In this document: positions 1 to 14,379 of the stretch, one piece after another
How positions within the stretch are numbered: position 1 is the first letter of the stretch
How the letters are laid out: each line of letters opens with the position of its first letter
Assembly: GCA_047495785.1 (NCBI GenBank)
Contig: JBLDXI010000016.1
Location: forward strand, 744,001 to 808,000
Direction of reading: 5' to 3'
Source of the DNA: Lepidodermella squamata
Lineage: Eukaryota; Animalia; Gastrotricha
DNA: 64,000 bases
The notes under the pieces: generated by a model
What the model was told of the DNA's origin: nothing
What the model saw: the letters and a program-made list of their open reading frames with translations, nothing else
Database searches by the model: none
Program-made: the position numbers and the translations under genes

Positions 1-1823
1 TGGAGCGATGAAATTATGATTTGATTTTCTGACCGCTTTTTACGTAACTAAGTAAACAATAAAATTGCGCTGATAATTTTTCAGAATAAATTGAGTTTAA
101 GTTACGATCAACACAGTATAATTCGAATATGAACCGATGAGCGAGAAGCATTCAGGGTTCCTGTGCAAACTCGAACTGTTTCCAGAGCTTCCGAGGTGTG
201 AACAATTGAATAAGCGCCGATTTTCTCACCAATTCTAGACTTTCCCTGTTCGGAAAGTACTCCATAGCTTCAGAAATTAGCTACTGCCAAATTCACCTTG
301 TCAACGTACTTGTAAATAGCAAAGAAAATCGGTACAGGGGCTTCTTCATCGATGAATTTAACGATTTCGACCCATTCACGTTGCAATTTTCACTCACTCC
401 GGGTTGATTTTTGTGATTTTCGTAATCAGCCTTGAGGTGGTTACCACTCGGCAGTTGCTCAATTACCGCGTTCATGCTCAATCAGCGATTTCGTATGATT
501 CTCCACACAATGAAATTACCGACTTCGAGATGGACATTATTTGCTGCCGAATTGAAAATTTCACTCACCATGCATTTAGATTTTCGATTCACGATAAAGC
601 TTAACACCTCAAGCTGAACACCCCAGCAGCTGCCTCGCATTAATATTTTTCTTAATTACTGAGCAAGATAAAGCCTCCGAGGCCGCACAGTTGGACTGCA
701 CGCCAAAGCGGACGAGTAATTCCAACGTTCCGATGGCCTACAGCTGTTTTTCTGCTTCCGCCTTGTGACCTTTGAACGCCTCCAAATCAGCGAATTTTTC
801 TAATTTGAGAATTTTAGGCGGAAATGACGGAATATTCTTTTGCCTCCTGCATGAGATTCAGGACCTTATTGAAGCTCAAAGTATTTAAATAGCTTCGTTA
901 TTGATTGATTCACATCCGGAGGCAAGCGACCAATTCTTCTTCCACGAATTGTGGCTACGTAAATTCAAATCAGGCCGTAAGCAGCTAGGCTGATATTTAC
1001 CAATTTCGAGAGAGAAATGCCAACCGGTTGTTCCTCGGAATCACAATAATCCAGTGAATCGCAATAGAAATGAAGCATCACAGTACAAATCGAGGCACTG
1101 TGAGAATTGATTTTTTAGAGAAAATACAGGATAAGATGGCTAATCTAAACAAAACTATCAGCTGAGGTTAAGGGGCGAACACATAAAACGCCTCTTACGT
1201 ATGCAGACAGCGGAACACGGGCGGTGATGTAAACACATCGAGAGGCGTTAAAAAAAATCGAATAGGAACCCCGCCATTCGATTTGCAGCTGCTAGTATTA
1301 CCGCCACACCAAACAGATTTTTTGTCTTCAAAAATAACAGAAGATGCAGCGAAACATAACTATGTTTCGGTTTCATGTGCAATGTCACTTCACGTTCATT
1401 CGAGCCGAAATTATTAAATACGCATGTTTACCCTTTATCCTTTGACGAGACCGGAAGGGTGATATAGTGAAATGGTTCCCTCCGCGTATGCGATATATTC
1501 CGCATTACAACGCATCAGTTTTTGATCTAATAGCAACCATTTCCTAATTAGCATAGTTAGTGCTATAAAAACCGGTCATCCCTTCAGCTTATTTACGACT
1601 TCATAAAAATTCCGTGGTAACGTAAACACCCACAAATGCACTTCAGACCAGTTATTGTTAATCTCCCTTTTATTGCTTACCGAAGGTAATAAAAATCAAT
1701 AAGTTGCGCTACCTAAGGTAAGGAAAGCAAGAAACAGGTTTCTCCTGTTCGACCTAAACAATAATCTCCCAGTTATTATTGTTTTTGTAGGAAATTTGTT
1801 TGTATTTATAGGATTTTGTAAAA

Positions 1824-4800
1824 ATGCCGCGAACAACGCTTACTTTGACGCGGAAAGCAGCATCAACAGCTTTCGAGCCTGTGAGGCTCTTGTGGGAGTA
1901 CTTCCTGGCCTCTCTGATCTACATGCTTACATTTCCGTTCTCGGAAATCGCGCTCATGGCTGTTGATAGAGTAAAAATTTTGACTCCGAAAAATTGTTTT
2001 CAAAAACAACTTGTTTTGTTTATACTATCAACAGAACAGAGGCGCAATTCCTCCAAAGCCAGAAGAGGAAAATAATCTGAATGGCCCGCAGGAAATAAAC
2101 AGGAGTGAAGAAACCTCAACACTGAATGATGATTCACATAGGTAAGCTTTTTTCATTACTTCGATTTATATACATATAGGTATTGGAGCCACACCTGTTG
2201 AGAGGCGTGCGCAAATTAGGGGTTTATTATGATAGACCAGTCTTTTAGGCAATTTTTTTCGGTAAACATACTTTCCCGTATGGAATGAGGGCCTGAAGCC
2301 ATTTTTTTGCCTAGGTAAAAGGTTTTTATTACGCGCTAGTCTGGAATTTTAGGGGAAAGAACGTGCCCTTGAAATTCTTTTTGAAATATCCGCATGGGTA
2401 CTATTTACTTTTGATGTTTCTTCATCGCTAAGATTTGAAACCGATAATGTAGCGGCGTACGATTGGGCATCGAAATGTTTATTATTCCGCCCCTATGTAT
2501 ATAGCTAATACAACACGCGTGCATATCCGTGTTAAGGCTAGGAATGGTCCACGCAAATGTAATTATATTCTAGAAGGCGTATTACATTGTAAACGTTGCA
2601 CTCGAGAGCAAAGGCGATCGGAGCACGTATTCCTTTATTACATATCCGCATATATCATAATATTATTGGAAATCATCGCGCAACAGGAGTTGCAGTTGTC
2701 TGTATCGCTTGTTCTCACTCACAATACCTACACATCCATATTTCTGAAGTATAGCTTTTATTGCGTGTTTTTCGCTGTAGAAAAAATGTTGCCGGCAAAG
2801 AAGACGGCACCGCCACCACCATCAGCGACCAAGTAGCGGCCAACAATGAACGAGAGTTATTATTGCCGGAAATCGAAAAAACCGAGCCAGTAGCAGCATC
2901 ATCAATAGCCGGCAACAATAATAACAATATTGCGATAGATAGCGTTGCAACTACACTAGAGCCCGATAAGGACAAGGCTGAAGTTGCTGAAGAACTTCCG
3001 TCTGTAAACAAACAACAGGAAGTGGTCGAAAACTTGCCACCTCCCAACGACGACAACCACGCGACCCAATTAGCAGCCCACGACGAGCCATTAGACCAGC
3101 AATCTGTCAGTGACAAGGAAGAAATGATTCCCGGCTACAATTACGGTAGTGAATTTTGGCCTTTTGTTAAGTTTAGCCCTATCGTTGAAATTTACCATGA
3201 AATGCCGCCAGATTATGCTGCGCGACGGATCCAGCCGATGCATAAGACTGATCCTTACTACTCACCGGCCGCTAATCACCGGGCAGTTCAAGAACAAGAG
3301 TACAGGAGCGAATTAACCCACGCTCCGCAAATCAAACGTAAGTATCTGTTTTATGCATGAAATTCTCTTGTTGATAGCGGGTTTCCAGGAAAGGTTTTCA
3401 GTGATTCCTACTTTTACGACGATCCTTATATCAGATATCCTTCAGTGGAGGAACAGAAAGTGCGTAAAACCTAACTGTAGTAATTCTTAATAGCTCCCCT
3501 GACCCAAAAATTCCGATTTTCCGCCTTAAATTTTAATCGATTAATAGGCAATAGCAAAATTGGTTTCAAGGTCCCTGGAAAGTGATGATAATGTACGAAG
3601 TCGTGGTTACTTTTTGTTCGTGGATCGTAAAATTCATTCTGAAGATTGGACATTCGATGAGAAACGGAGGGAAAGGGACTGGTTGATAGCCACGCAGCAC
3701 TATGGCCATCCTTTGAAAATGGAATTTCCAGGTTTCAAATCTCATCACCGCATAGCAATAAAGATCCCTCTATTTAGATCTTTTGTAGAATCACTCTATT
3801 TTCTTTTTATTTTGGGAACATTTTTTAAACTTTGTTTCTTATTTCAGCGACTCATATTTCACGTTTGCCCGAGAAAGCGCCAGTTTACGATCCGTATAGT
3901 TACTCCCGTGACGATGATAAGCCAGTTCGTGGGTCTTACGATGATTACGAGGAATACGCTCAGCCACCTCCTGTTCCACCACAACGGAAACCTGAACCAA
4001 GCTTCGTTCGCTACCAACCTCGCCAGAGCCAACCTGTTCCGCCGCCTGTCGAACCTTCGCAAAACCGTCTTTCTTCCAAGTAGCTTCAGAATACATCTCT
4101 AAGCTTTTCTATCTCCTTTTGTTAAATTCAGAAACCATTCTTACGACTACTGCTATCCATCATCGAGAGATTGTGGTGATTCTTACGAAGACAGCTATTA
4201 TCATCAAGAAGAGGCGAACCCTGTTTTCAGAGAGGAACCGCCAACACGAGGAGCCGACGATGAGTACTATGAGGAGCAGTCACCATATCGTCTTCAGGAG
4301 GGTTATGAACTTCCAGAGCAAACATATTTACCTTCTCCACAAACTTATGCCCCACCCCCACCTCCTCCGCCGAGGCCCAGCAGGACCCTTCAAGCTCAAC
4401 TGAATCGCCAAATAAAGTGAGTAGTCGCCGAACTATGTCCTGCAATTTCATCTTTGCATTTTTGCAGGGGCTCGAGAAACTACGGAGTTATGGGACCTAT
4501 CGAAAGTGTGAATCCTGAGCTTACTGAGCGCATTTTGGCAAAGGTAAAATCCCCTGTCCTATATGGGAATCTGTTTCAAATTGGATGGTGAATTTGAATT
4601 TTAGGCACCAACTCGTAAGGAGACTGTTATGGCTCGAAAGCCCCAAAGGGACATTACAGCTCTTGAATATGAGGACATGAGGACAGCTGCCGAAAAATGG
4701 TAGGATATTGGAGTCTCTGAGCGATTTTTGACGCACCACTCTCTCTCTCTTCTAGCGAGCATTCGAATCTCTCGCCCGATATTTGCTTTTCACTTACAGC

Positions 4801-7377
4801 CGAAATGAAGAGCCGACATGGTCGCGGAGGGGAAATGGTGAGTCCAAGAGCATTTTCCCAAAAAATGTTATATCTAATAATCTTATTCAAAGTTTGCGCA
4901 ACGCGTTAAACGCATGAATAAATATATTGTCGATGATGATACGGTGCGATCGAACCAAGCCTATCAGTATCAACCCTGGGCCTTGCACCGCCAATCGCTG
5001 AGCGCCTTGAACACTTCGACTATGCCACCGGATTTTCGATCAAGCAGCGCTATCGGTTACGACGATGGCTACTATTACTCGGGTTAGCATGGCTTATGCA
5101 GTTAATTTTTGAGATGTTCCTGCTAGTTTTGGGGGGAGCAAATTGCACCTGAAACGCAATTTTTTCGCTGCGTTTAAAACTAACGTTTTCGCGGTATGGT
5201 TCATATCAGCATGATTGTCTTAATCTACGGGAGTTTTCATAACTTATTAGCCACCTTGTGCGATGTACTAAGGGCGCCGATTCGCGGCGCAGTCTGGCTC
5301 CTAGACAGCGCAGCGAATCGTTAACACAGCTGCTTACAACTATCGGGTGCGATTGTTTTGCTGCCGCAATTACTGTACAAGCTTTGAAAAGCAGAGCGAG
5401 AGATGATAATAATTTTTCGCCAGCAGATCCGTAGCGTAAATTCCCCTATAACATAATAACCACGGGCGTGTATGATACCCCGCTGATAACCATTACTACG
5501 TAAGATATTCTCTCACATTTTTTCGTCTTAATAAAAGCGATATTACAATGTTTTCTTATTTTTATGATTATCGGCCTTAATAAGGAAGCAAGTACCATAT
5601 CGCCGCGGAAGCTCACCCCCTATAAATATGTTAAACAGTCGCGGCGTTGCATACACATATCCTGAGCCGGCGAGGTGGCTTTCGGTGTTATACATACACA
5701 TTTATCGATGGTAATGTCGACGTTTCAGTTTTTTCTTTTGCGGAGCCTCACTTTTGGCAAACGACTGCCAAATGCATTAATATCATAGTAGAGTGAATGT
5801 GTAATACACCAATCTTATAGATGAGAAAGTACCTATATAGGCCTGATGAAACACACGCTGGGCCCTAAATATAAGAGCACCGATTCTGCGGCTGCTGACA
5901 AGCACACACGCACACATCTTTTTTGCCGCATTTCCTCATGATGCGTCTATCTCCGCGTAGAGAAAAAACCAAACGTACATGTGTGTACACAGTACGCACG
6001 GTTGAATCCCATCTCCTCACTGTACGTACGGCAACGTTTTTTCCGTTTCAGCTAACCTTTTGTTCCAACCGGGCGCTCCTCCCGCACTGCCGTAGTAGTT
6101 GGTACATGTGTAGTTGTAACGCCCAAAACGGTGCCTGCTGTGCTGCGATGATGATTCGGCGCAGTTCATTGTACGTGCTTACTACTAGCGCGTGCGCGCG
6201 ACCGGGTTGCCCAAAAAAGGCCACTGCGCATGCGTACCTAGTGCTTATTACGCCTTGTACAAACAATGCTGTCTTATTTATATTATAAACATCTCATTTG
6301 TTATGAATATGGCTTCCTTATTGCGCCAATATTGTCACCATACCCTCTGCATGTGCTGATCCGTTTCTGACGCAAGCACCTTCCATCCCCTAGTTCTCTG
6401 GACTTTTCCCCACCCATTATTGCGTCATCTTAAACAACACCTTCCTTAATCTAAAATTGGTCTGTCACGGTCGGGTTAGATAGTAAAAGGCCTGCTTATT
6501 GGCTGAAATCCTAGATTTTTTCTACTGATGCTGCAAGCTAAGGATATACCTAGTAGTCAAAATTACCGCATTACGTTCAATTCAGATCAAAACATTTGTC
6601 GAAGGTTTTAGCTATAGAATTGAGAAATGAGAATTATTTCTAGCCTGATAGATAACGACTCGAGTTTTACTCCCGTTTCATTTTTGAGATACCAGACAAT
6701 TAGAGTTGAGGAAACAGCTATAATCTCATTCCTGATGAATGATGCTTCCATTGATCGCAGCTACTCAGGCATCTCGAACTGTTCCGCTTCATTGATAGCT
6801 TAGTCATGCTTGTGGCACTCCAAGTTGATACCAGCCTCTTTTATGTTTCGCTTGACTTCTATAGATCCAAGAGCTGAAGATATGGCCAGTCAAGGCCGTA
6901 AAATAAACGTGTTACAGCGTTCCGACAACGCAACAATGCCCGCGTACAGCCAACAGGTTGACTACGCCCCGCAGCAATCGCCACCGCCCTATGTTTACGA
7001 CAACTATCAACAGAACTACCAGCAGAACTTCCAGTACCACCAGCAACAGACGCAGCAACAACAATTTCTACAGCCGCATTCTTACTTGGACCCACGTGGC
7101 AATGCCGACTACCAATCGCACACTTCGTCAACCGTATCGGTGCACTCGTCGCGAGACCGCTCGCGGGGATCCACGCCTAAACCGGCTTGGCAACAGTCCG
7201 GAAAATCAGTCGACAACAATTTTTTCAGTCATCTGTCACAGGTAAGCCGATCGCTTATTATCTTCCGATAAAAAATTGATGAATTTCGTTAAAATTTAGT
7301 CCGTGCCCAAAACGCCATCTTATGTCTCGCCGGCACTTCAGGAACAACTGCACCCATTTCCAGGCTCCGGACAATAA
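1824..7377 (+). CDS. Synaptopodin/myozenin (calsarcin)-like proline-rich actin/Z-disc protein, multi-exon
   Basis: Phase-consistent GT-AG exons at about 1824-1880, 2035-2141, 2781-3337, 3378-3459, 3548-3731, 3848-4079, 4132-4417, 4468-4543, 4605-4699, 4755-4837, 4893-5081, 6865-7241 and 7300-7377. Two family-type motifs: 'RSRGYFLFVDRKIHSEDWTFDE' and 'GRGGEMFAQRVKRMNKYIVDD' (compare SYNPO2 GKGAQLFAKRQSRMEKYVVD). Poly-Pro tracts and a PPPY motif near 6980. An in-frame TAG at 5085-5087 just past a donor would give a short isoform. The 5' exons are less certain. Confidence 0.65.
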
Positions 7378-7890
7378 ATAAATGGCTGTAAAACAATGCC
7401 AAATTAGGCATAACATTATTTACTCTTGAAATTTTATCTATCATGTAACCGATTTTTTTATTGAGAGAAATCATATATTTTTTAGTTTTAGAATGTTGTT
7501 ATGAAATCTCCGACCTTTCACATGATACGACGAACCTCATGCAACAAACTCCCAAAAGTACCTACTTCCTTCTCACTTTGCACCTCTATATGTGTTATAT
7601 AGCGAGTAGACTTCTTGATTACAGAAGACAAAATAACGCACGTTCACAGCGCAAATTGTGGATTGGAAGTCTAGTTCATTTTTATGATTATTCTTAATGA
7701 TATTGTTTGCTCTTGCGAAATCGCATGTGAACCAATACAAAAGAAAACGATTACTTTTTCTTGATAATATTGAATCGTGATGGGACAATAAAGTGAATAG
7801 TAATCAAAATAGTATCTTTATTTTTCTTTAATCAGTAACAATATTTTCCAAGCACCGAATGTTTTATTTATGTAGTCATTTTTGGCAGGT

Positions 7891-9783
7891 TCATTCCTCG
7901 TCGAAGCCCTGTTATAGTAGGAAAGAAGTAAAGAAAAAAATGGTAAACAATTCACCTACCAATGCAGCTCGAAGCAACGGGTTTGCAGCCGAGTCAAATT
8001 TTTTCAGCAGTTGCCGTTGATGTGAAAACAAAATCAAATGGTGCAAAATATATTTAAGGCACTGAAAAGTACAATGTATAATGTATAAAATAGCAAAATC
8101 ACGCTGATAAACAAACGAAATTTGATGAGATGCCAAGCTTGTAAGAAGCGCTGCTTTTTTCCAGCAGCAAAACAATACGCGAATGTGGGTAAATAATCTC
8201 GCTTGGACGGTATCGATCGCATTTTGTTACAGTCCAATTCGATGCGTTTGCGAGGTAAAAATCGACATCTTTAGGCAGGCCGTCTTTCGGAAGTTGACTT
8301 GTCGCCTGAAAGTCGGCGTAAGGCAGTATCGAGGGAGGTGATGAAAGGCTTGAAATGAGTGTGTCATGAGGTAACGAATTGTGGCCTTTTCCGAAGAAGT
8401 CGACCGTTATCAATGCGAACATGTTGACTAAGGCGGTAAAGCATTTCAACATTGCAGTATCTTTCCCGACCAACAGAAGAAGCTGCCTAGAGAGGAACCT
8501 GATATTCCACGATCGAAAAACTGTAACTATTATTCTCACCGGTCATTCCTATCCACTTCTGCTGCCGGGATTCCTCTTGCAGAAACTTGTAACAACATAG
8601 ACTCGAAAACACAGTTCAAAACCACGCTGAGGAAGCTAAAAAGACGTCCCACAAGTTAAAACGGATACTAGCTTGTATATCTTACTGATTGCTTTCTTTC
8701 TTCTCAGCTAAAGCAACGCTTTGCATAAGGATTTCCATGAAATAATGCTCTTTATTCACAGATGGCGAGATAACGCAGAGCGGTAAGGCAACGCATGGAG
8801 GCGTCCGCAAAATCGACTCGAGTTTTGCCAAAAACTTTGAACAGCTCTGGAAAATGCATGATTTTAGTAACCTTTTCATCATTTCTCATCGAAACACACT
8901 TGACTGGAAGATTTCATAAATCCTACTTCTGGCTGGATGTCCAAAGAACCTAGGCCACTCTGAGCTGAATTCAACGCCAAGTATAACTCGCATTCCAGCC
9001 GGCCCAAAAAATACTCGATCGCCCTTACGTGGTGGTAAATCCATCTTAAAAAACAGTAAATCGTTCGACGCAAACATCGAGTATCAAATTGCATTCGTAC
9101 CGTAAGCTTGTTTCGTTCAGATTTAACATAAATAAAATGCTGAATTTGTTTGAGAAATATTGCGCGCTACTTTTTCCCGGTAAACACTCAGAGCTGTTCT
9201 TTGCGTTTTTCAACACAGCAGCATTTTCGTTGGTAGCTAATAATCTGGAAATAAACAGAATAAGTCGAAGTCAGGATAATATTTCATAACAACTAGCCTT
9301 GCATTTTCAGATAACGCTTTTTCATCCGTAAGTTTTGAAAACGCGATTACCGGCGATTTTCTAAACGAAAATAATATTGCGTTTGATACCTTGAAATATA
9401 AGCTTACAGTCCAACATCCACTAATAACACTTTTCTGGTTAAATATTTGTAAGATATCGGAATCGAGCCAACAGCTATCTCTGACAGCAATCGCTTTTTA
9501 ATTGACGAAAGCTGCGGAAAACCATCACAATTTAATCCGCAAAATCAATCCAGAAACACCTTACATCTGTCGTATTTGGGTATGAAATATCAAAAATGAC
9601 CCTTGTATCCGAATTATGCGGTGATCGATTGAACCATATTAATCTCGATTCCAAAGATTGAGACTTGGCTGACAACGTTTGCCTGTTAGGAACTTCGCTT
9701 TTACAATTGCATGAGGGGTTATCAGTAACTCACTTCTCGATCGCCAACGCAGACACTTTGTCCCAAAACGAAGAAATGCTCAT
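7891..9783 (-). CDS. Folliculin-interacting protein (FNIP/Lst4)-like, highly divergent, ~451 aa, 11 exons
   Basis: Exons 9783-9734, 9682-9565, 9511-9408, 9360-9298, 9244-9101, 9044-8927, 8846-8686, 8635-8540, 8498-8117, 8061-7960 and 7908-7891 join into one open frame, using one GC-AG intron. Motifs fall in FNIP order: SRLIWFNR..TRVIFDIS (~IRLIVYQD..RNVLFDS), NHFLSVVLNCV (~NQFLPALITAV), LLLVGKDTAMLKCF (~TVVVGKRQDMVQRL), LANASNWTV (~IADMDKWTV), YKLGISSNFCLKYI (~YKHNLSPNFCVMHL). The last exon is uncertain. Confidence 0.65.
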
Positions 9784-9917
9784 TTATACTATTAAACCAT
9801 TCTGTTTTATTCTAGGAGCAAAATTAGAGATTTCAACATGTTTCCATATCTAAAATTTATTAGCTTCAAGCAATGAAAGCAAAATACATGAGCAAAATGA
9901 GCGTTCAAATAAAGCAA

Positions 9918-11000
9918 TTAGTCACTGGCTCGCCCTGAAATACAGTGCCATTCACCGAGATGATCGCATTTCCACAGACAAACAGTTCCATCGTCGTGGG
10001 AAGTTGATAAAATAGTGCCAGTTGCATTCCAAGAAACGCACCAAACGAGTACAGCCTCACGGCCGTTAGTTCCGCGAAGATTGGCTGGTTGAACGTCCAA
10101 ACCATACGACGAGCTCGAAGCAGATGACGAAGGACCCCCAGCGTTATCATTATTAACCGGGCATGGAGGCATCAGCGGGGTTATGTTGAGAATCGTAAGA
10201 GATTTTCCGCCGACGCCAAGAACATGGAAACTTCTGCCGAGAGATGGGGCGAAATCCATATCATTCACAGGTTCGCAAATCGGGCACGCAACAGATTGCA
10301 GTCGAATTAGTCGACGATTTTCGGGGGCGTATACAAACAGGACAACATAGAATTGGTTAGCAGCTGAAGCAGGGATGGGATTCACCTCAGCCATTCCAGC
10401 TGCAAGGAGAGGAGTTAATAGCATCGAGCTGCTCCACGCAAGACAAGACAATCGGCCAGCAACTTGCTGAGAATCTACTACACTCATATGTCGCACATTA
10501 GGGGCATCGGCTGCTTCGTAAACTCTCAAAACACCATCTGTTGAAGCAGCAGCGAGCATCAGACCTAAATGTTTAGGAGCAAAGCGAACATCGACAACTG
10601 GAGTTTTCGCGTCAACTAATTGAGTACGCTTGGCCCATGTGTGACCGGCATTCTGTGGTAAGTTTTGATCGGGAAGCTCTTCCCATATGGCAACCACTTT
10701 GTCAAATGAGCAAGTAGCAATAACTTGACCGAAATCCGGATGAGCCCAGTTAACCTTCCATACTGCCCCCGAGTGAGTCGTAAAACTGGCAACTTTTTTC
10801 CAGCGGCCATCTTCTTGAATGTCCCAAATGCAAACCTATAATGAATGGCGTGTTACTACCACGCGTGAATTCAATGCATACGAGCTTACGGTGTGATCAG
10901 CAGACGCCGTGGCCATACGGTTTCCGTAATAATTGTAAGAGACATCAAGAACAACATCGTGGTGCTCCGATGGTATCACAGCAATTGTGGTCAGCGCCAT
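9918..11000 (-). CDS. SEH1L: Nucleoporin/GATOR2 subunit SEH1 (WD40), 342 aa, 2 exons
   Basis: Exon 1 is 11000-10890 (MALTTIAVIPSEHHDVVLDVSYNYYGNRMATASADHT), then a 54-nt intron, then exon 2 at 10835-9918. Exon 2 carries the SEH1 hallmarks HSGAVWKVNWAHPDFGQVIATCSFD, DVRFAPKHLGLMLA, FAPSLGRSFHVL and VWCVSWNATGTILSTSHDDG. Confidence 0.95.
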
Positions 11001-12477
11001 GACTTAATTCAACAGAAGTTTACTATTTATTTATTTACTAGATATCAAAGGTTGATGGAACATTGGAAAGTACTTTCTTTGTAGGCTGCTGGCTCCAGAG
11101 ACCATACCTCGCACTTTTTTTGGCTGCATCCGAAATAAGTCTCCCGCCTAACATGCTCAAATTACACCTTGACAATATTTTTTAAAATATATAATAAACC
11201 TAGTTTTATTTAATTTGAAATCACCACGAGGTTTCATGAGCTTTGCAATTATGTGTTTGGGATATTGTGAAGGGTCAGAAAAATGAACCATTTGGGGACT
11301 CGATGCGGGGGCATTTTTGTCGGCAAAAACGACAGGTAATACCGGAAACCCGACAAGGTATCTCAGCTTGTTTGTTTGTTCGCTGTTACAAGGTTAAAAA
11401 TTGCAACCTGATCTATGGCGTGTAATCTTCACGTACTGTTCGTCTTTTTGATTGATGGCTATTTATGGATTATCTCGAATTTTGAGAGTCGTATGACCTA
11501 TGATCAGTGACCAATGTCGCCCAGGCTTTCATGATTAATCTGTCAATTATTAACGCATGGCCCATTGCTATCCGGGTGTCTCTAGAATTGCTGAAATCTC
11601 AACCATTAGTATGAAACCTGGCATTACCCTGAACTTCCTTAACTCCAAACTTGAGAGATCGTGCTGAACGTTGAACTGCACTGCCTCACAAAATGCAAAA
11701 TGTCCCCAAAATATCTCCAGCTTGGCATTTGGTATTTGGTATGCAAGAAGGCTGTCTTCTGTCTTCTGTCTTGAAAATGCCAGCCTGCCTACTGTCTACT
11801 CGTTTTCCGAGTTCCATGAGCAGCAGAGACAATAGGCAATGATTTTCCCGGTATTTGCCTGCTGTTGGCTGTTGATAGTTGACGCTTAGTGTCAATTCAA
11901 TCAACCAGGTATCGCGGGTGCTTGGTTCATTGACACAGTTTGTTGATAGCCACTTTTTCCGATGTTTATTCGGTGTAGAAATATTGGAACAGACGGCAAT
12001 GTGCCAATTTTTAATGTTATAGATTGATTGCGTGCAATAACCGAGTCTGAGTCATGTAGAGTCAAGATCCTATTTTTTATTCCCTAGAATCACAGAGATT
12101 CACGCTAACATTTTGAATCAAATCTCTCTTTAGGAATCGGAAGTCACGTTTTAAAACTTGAAGTGTGATTAGATAATTTCTTCATAATATTCATCTACCT
12201 ATGAACTCAGTCATATTTTCAATGCGCTTACATGCATCGTGAAAGAAAGAACGTCTCTAAAGAGCACCAAGTCGATGTTGCATCCACTTTTTTTTTTACC
12301 ACCGGGAAGTGAGTTGACTGTGATTAATAGTAGGCTTGTTGAGAATCAGTTGCATCCGAACCTGATCGATTCGGAAAGTAAATGACTTATCGGTATTAAT
12401 GATCTTTCGAGGCCCTGAAAGGAATATCTGCCCTTGGCCTCGTTACTTTCAGGATCTAGGACTTAGAAAGCTTCTAG

Positions 12478-13475
<998 letters not shown>

Positions 13476-14129
13476 TGAAATAATAGTTTATTCGTTATTG
13501 TTATTATTCCAAGAAATCGTCGATTTCATTTGGTTTTTTTCTATGTATTATATTCTGCGGCGAAATTTGACGGATGCATGCTAAGATGAGCTTCGCATGT
13601 ATAACTTTTTCTACCAAATACGTTAATAATAACCGTGAGTTTTTGAAAAACTTGAGGTTCTGAGCAAAAAAAAACAACTACAAGTTTTCTTCCTTCCCTT
13701 GCGGTGACCGTTTTACTCGTTTTTTGTAAGCTGTATTCTATTCCGAACTTGTTAAAAAGTGCTGACTTTTTTCTGCTTCGGAGAAGTACATTATTTGCGA
13801 TGACTTGAAATGAATTTTTGTGCACTTATTATCGGGCGAAAAAACAACATCGTTGAAAGAAAAGTTCAATCCTTTCTCTATGCATTATCAATATATACCG
13901 ATACGTATATAGTTCTTGTTATAAATCATCATAATTTGTGAAGTTATAAAAACAAACCGCGGTGTCTCTTAACTCTATCTCGATTTCGAAGAAGTGCTTT
14001 TTCATCTCGGCGCGCAGTATCATCAGGTTGCATTGCACACCAACACAAACACGTTTTAGCCTTGTTATAATAATGAAAAAATAATAATATTATTATTATG
14101 ACTCAAAAATGAAAAACCAGTCGCCTAAT

Positions 14130-14166
14130 CCGACATGTTTCAGCTTTTATTCAGCCATCTTCAGGG
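14130..14166 (-). ncRNA. Mirror copy of the minimal hammerhead motif in the left arm of the inverted repeat
   Basis: Exact reverse complement of 14343-14379. Confidence 0.65.
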
Positions 14167-14342
14167 TCTGACAACAAGTAAGGAAATCAACAATCAAGTT
14201 TCGAGACTAATATTAAAACAAGTTTACCAATTTTGTCACCAATCGTTTTTTTTTTTTTTTTGGTTTTTTTTGACAAAATTGGTAAACTTGTTTTAATATT
14301 AGTCTCGAAACTTGATTGTTGATTTCCTTACTTGTTGTCAGA

Positions 14343-14379
14343 CCCTGAAGATGGCTGAATAAAAGCTGAAACATGTCGG
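14343..14379 (+). ncRNA. Minimal type I hammerhead ribozyme motif (Penelope-like pLTR type)
   Basis: CTGAAGA (14345-14351), extra T, stem II GGCT/AGCT with loop GAATAAA, GAAA (14368-14371), palindromic ACATGT stem III, and a GTC cleavage triplet ending at 14377. Stem I is weak (CC/GG, then a mismatch). Confidence 0.65.

Noticed and set aside
1-1100. Possible spliced gene or pseudogene fragments
   Set aside because: Short open stretches exist on both strands, but I could not build a consistent exon chain or recognise a product.
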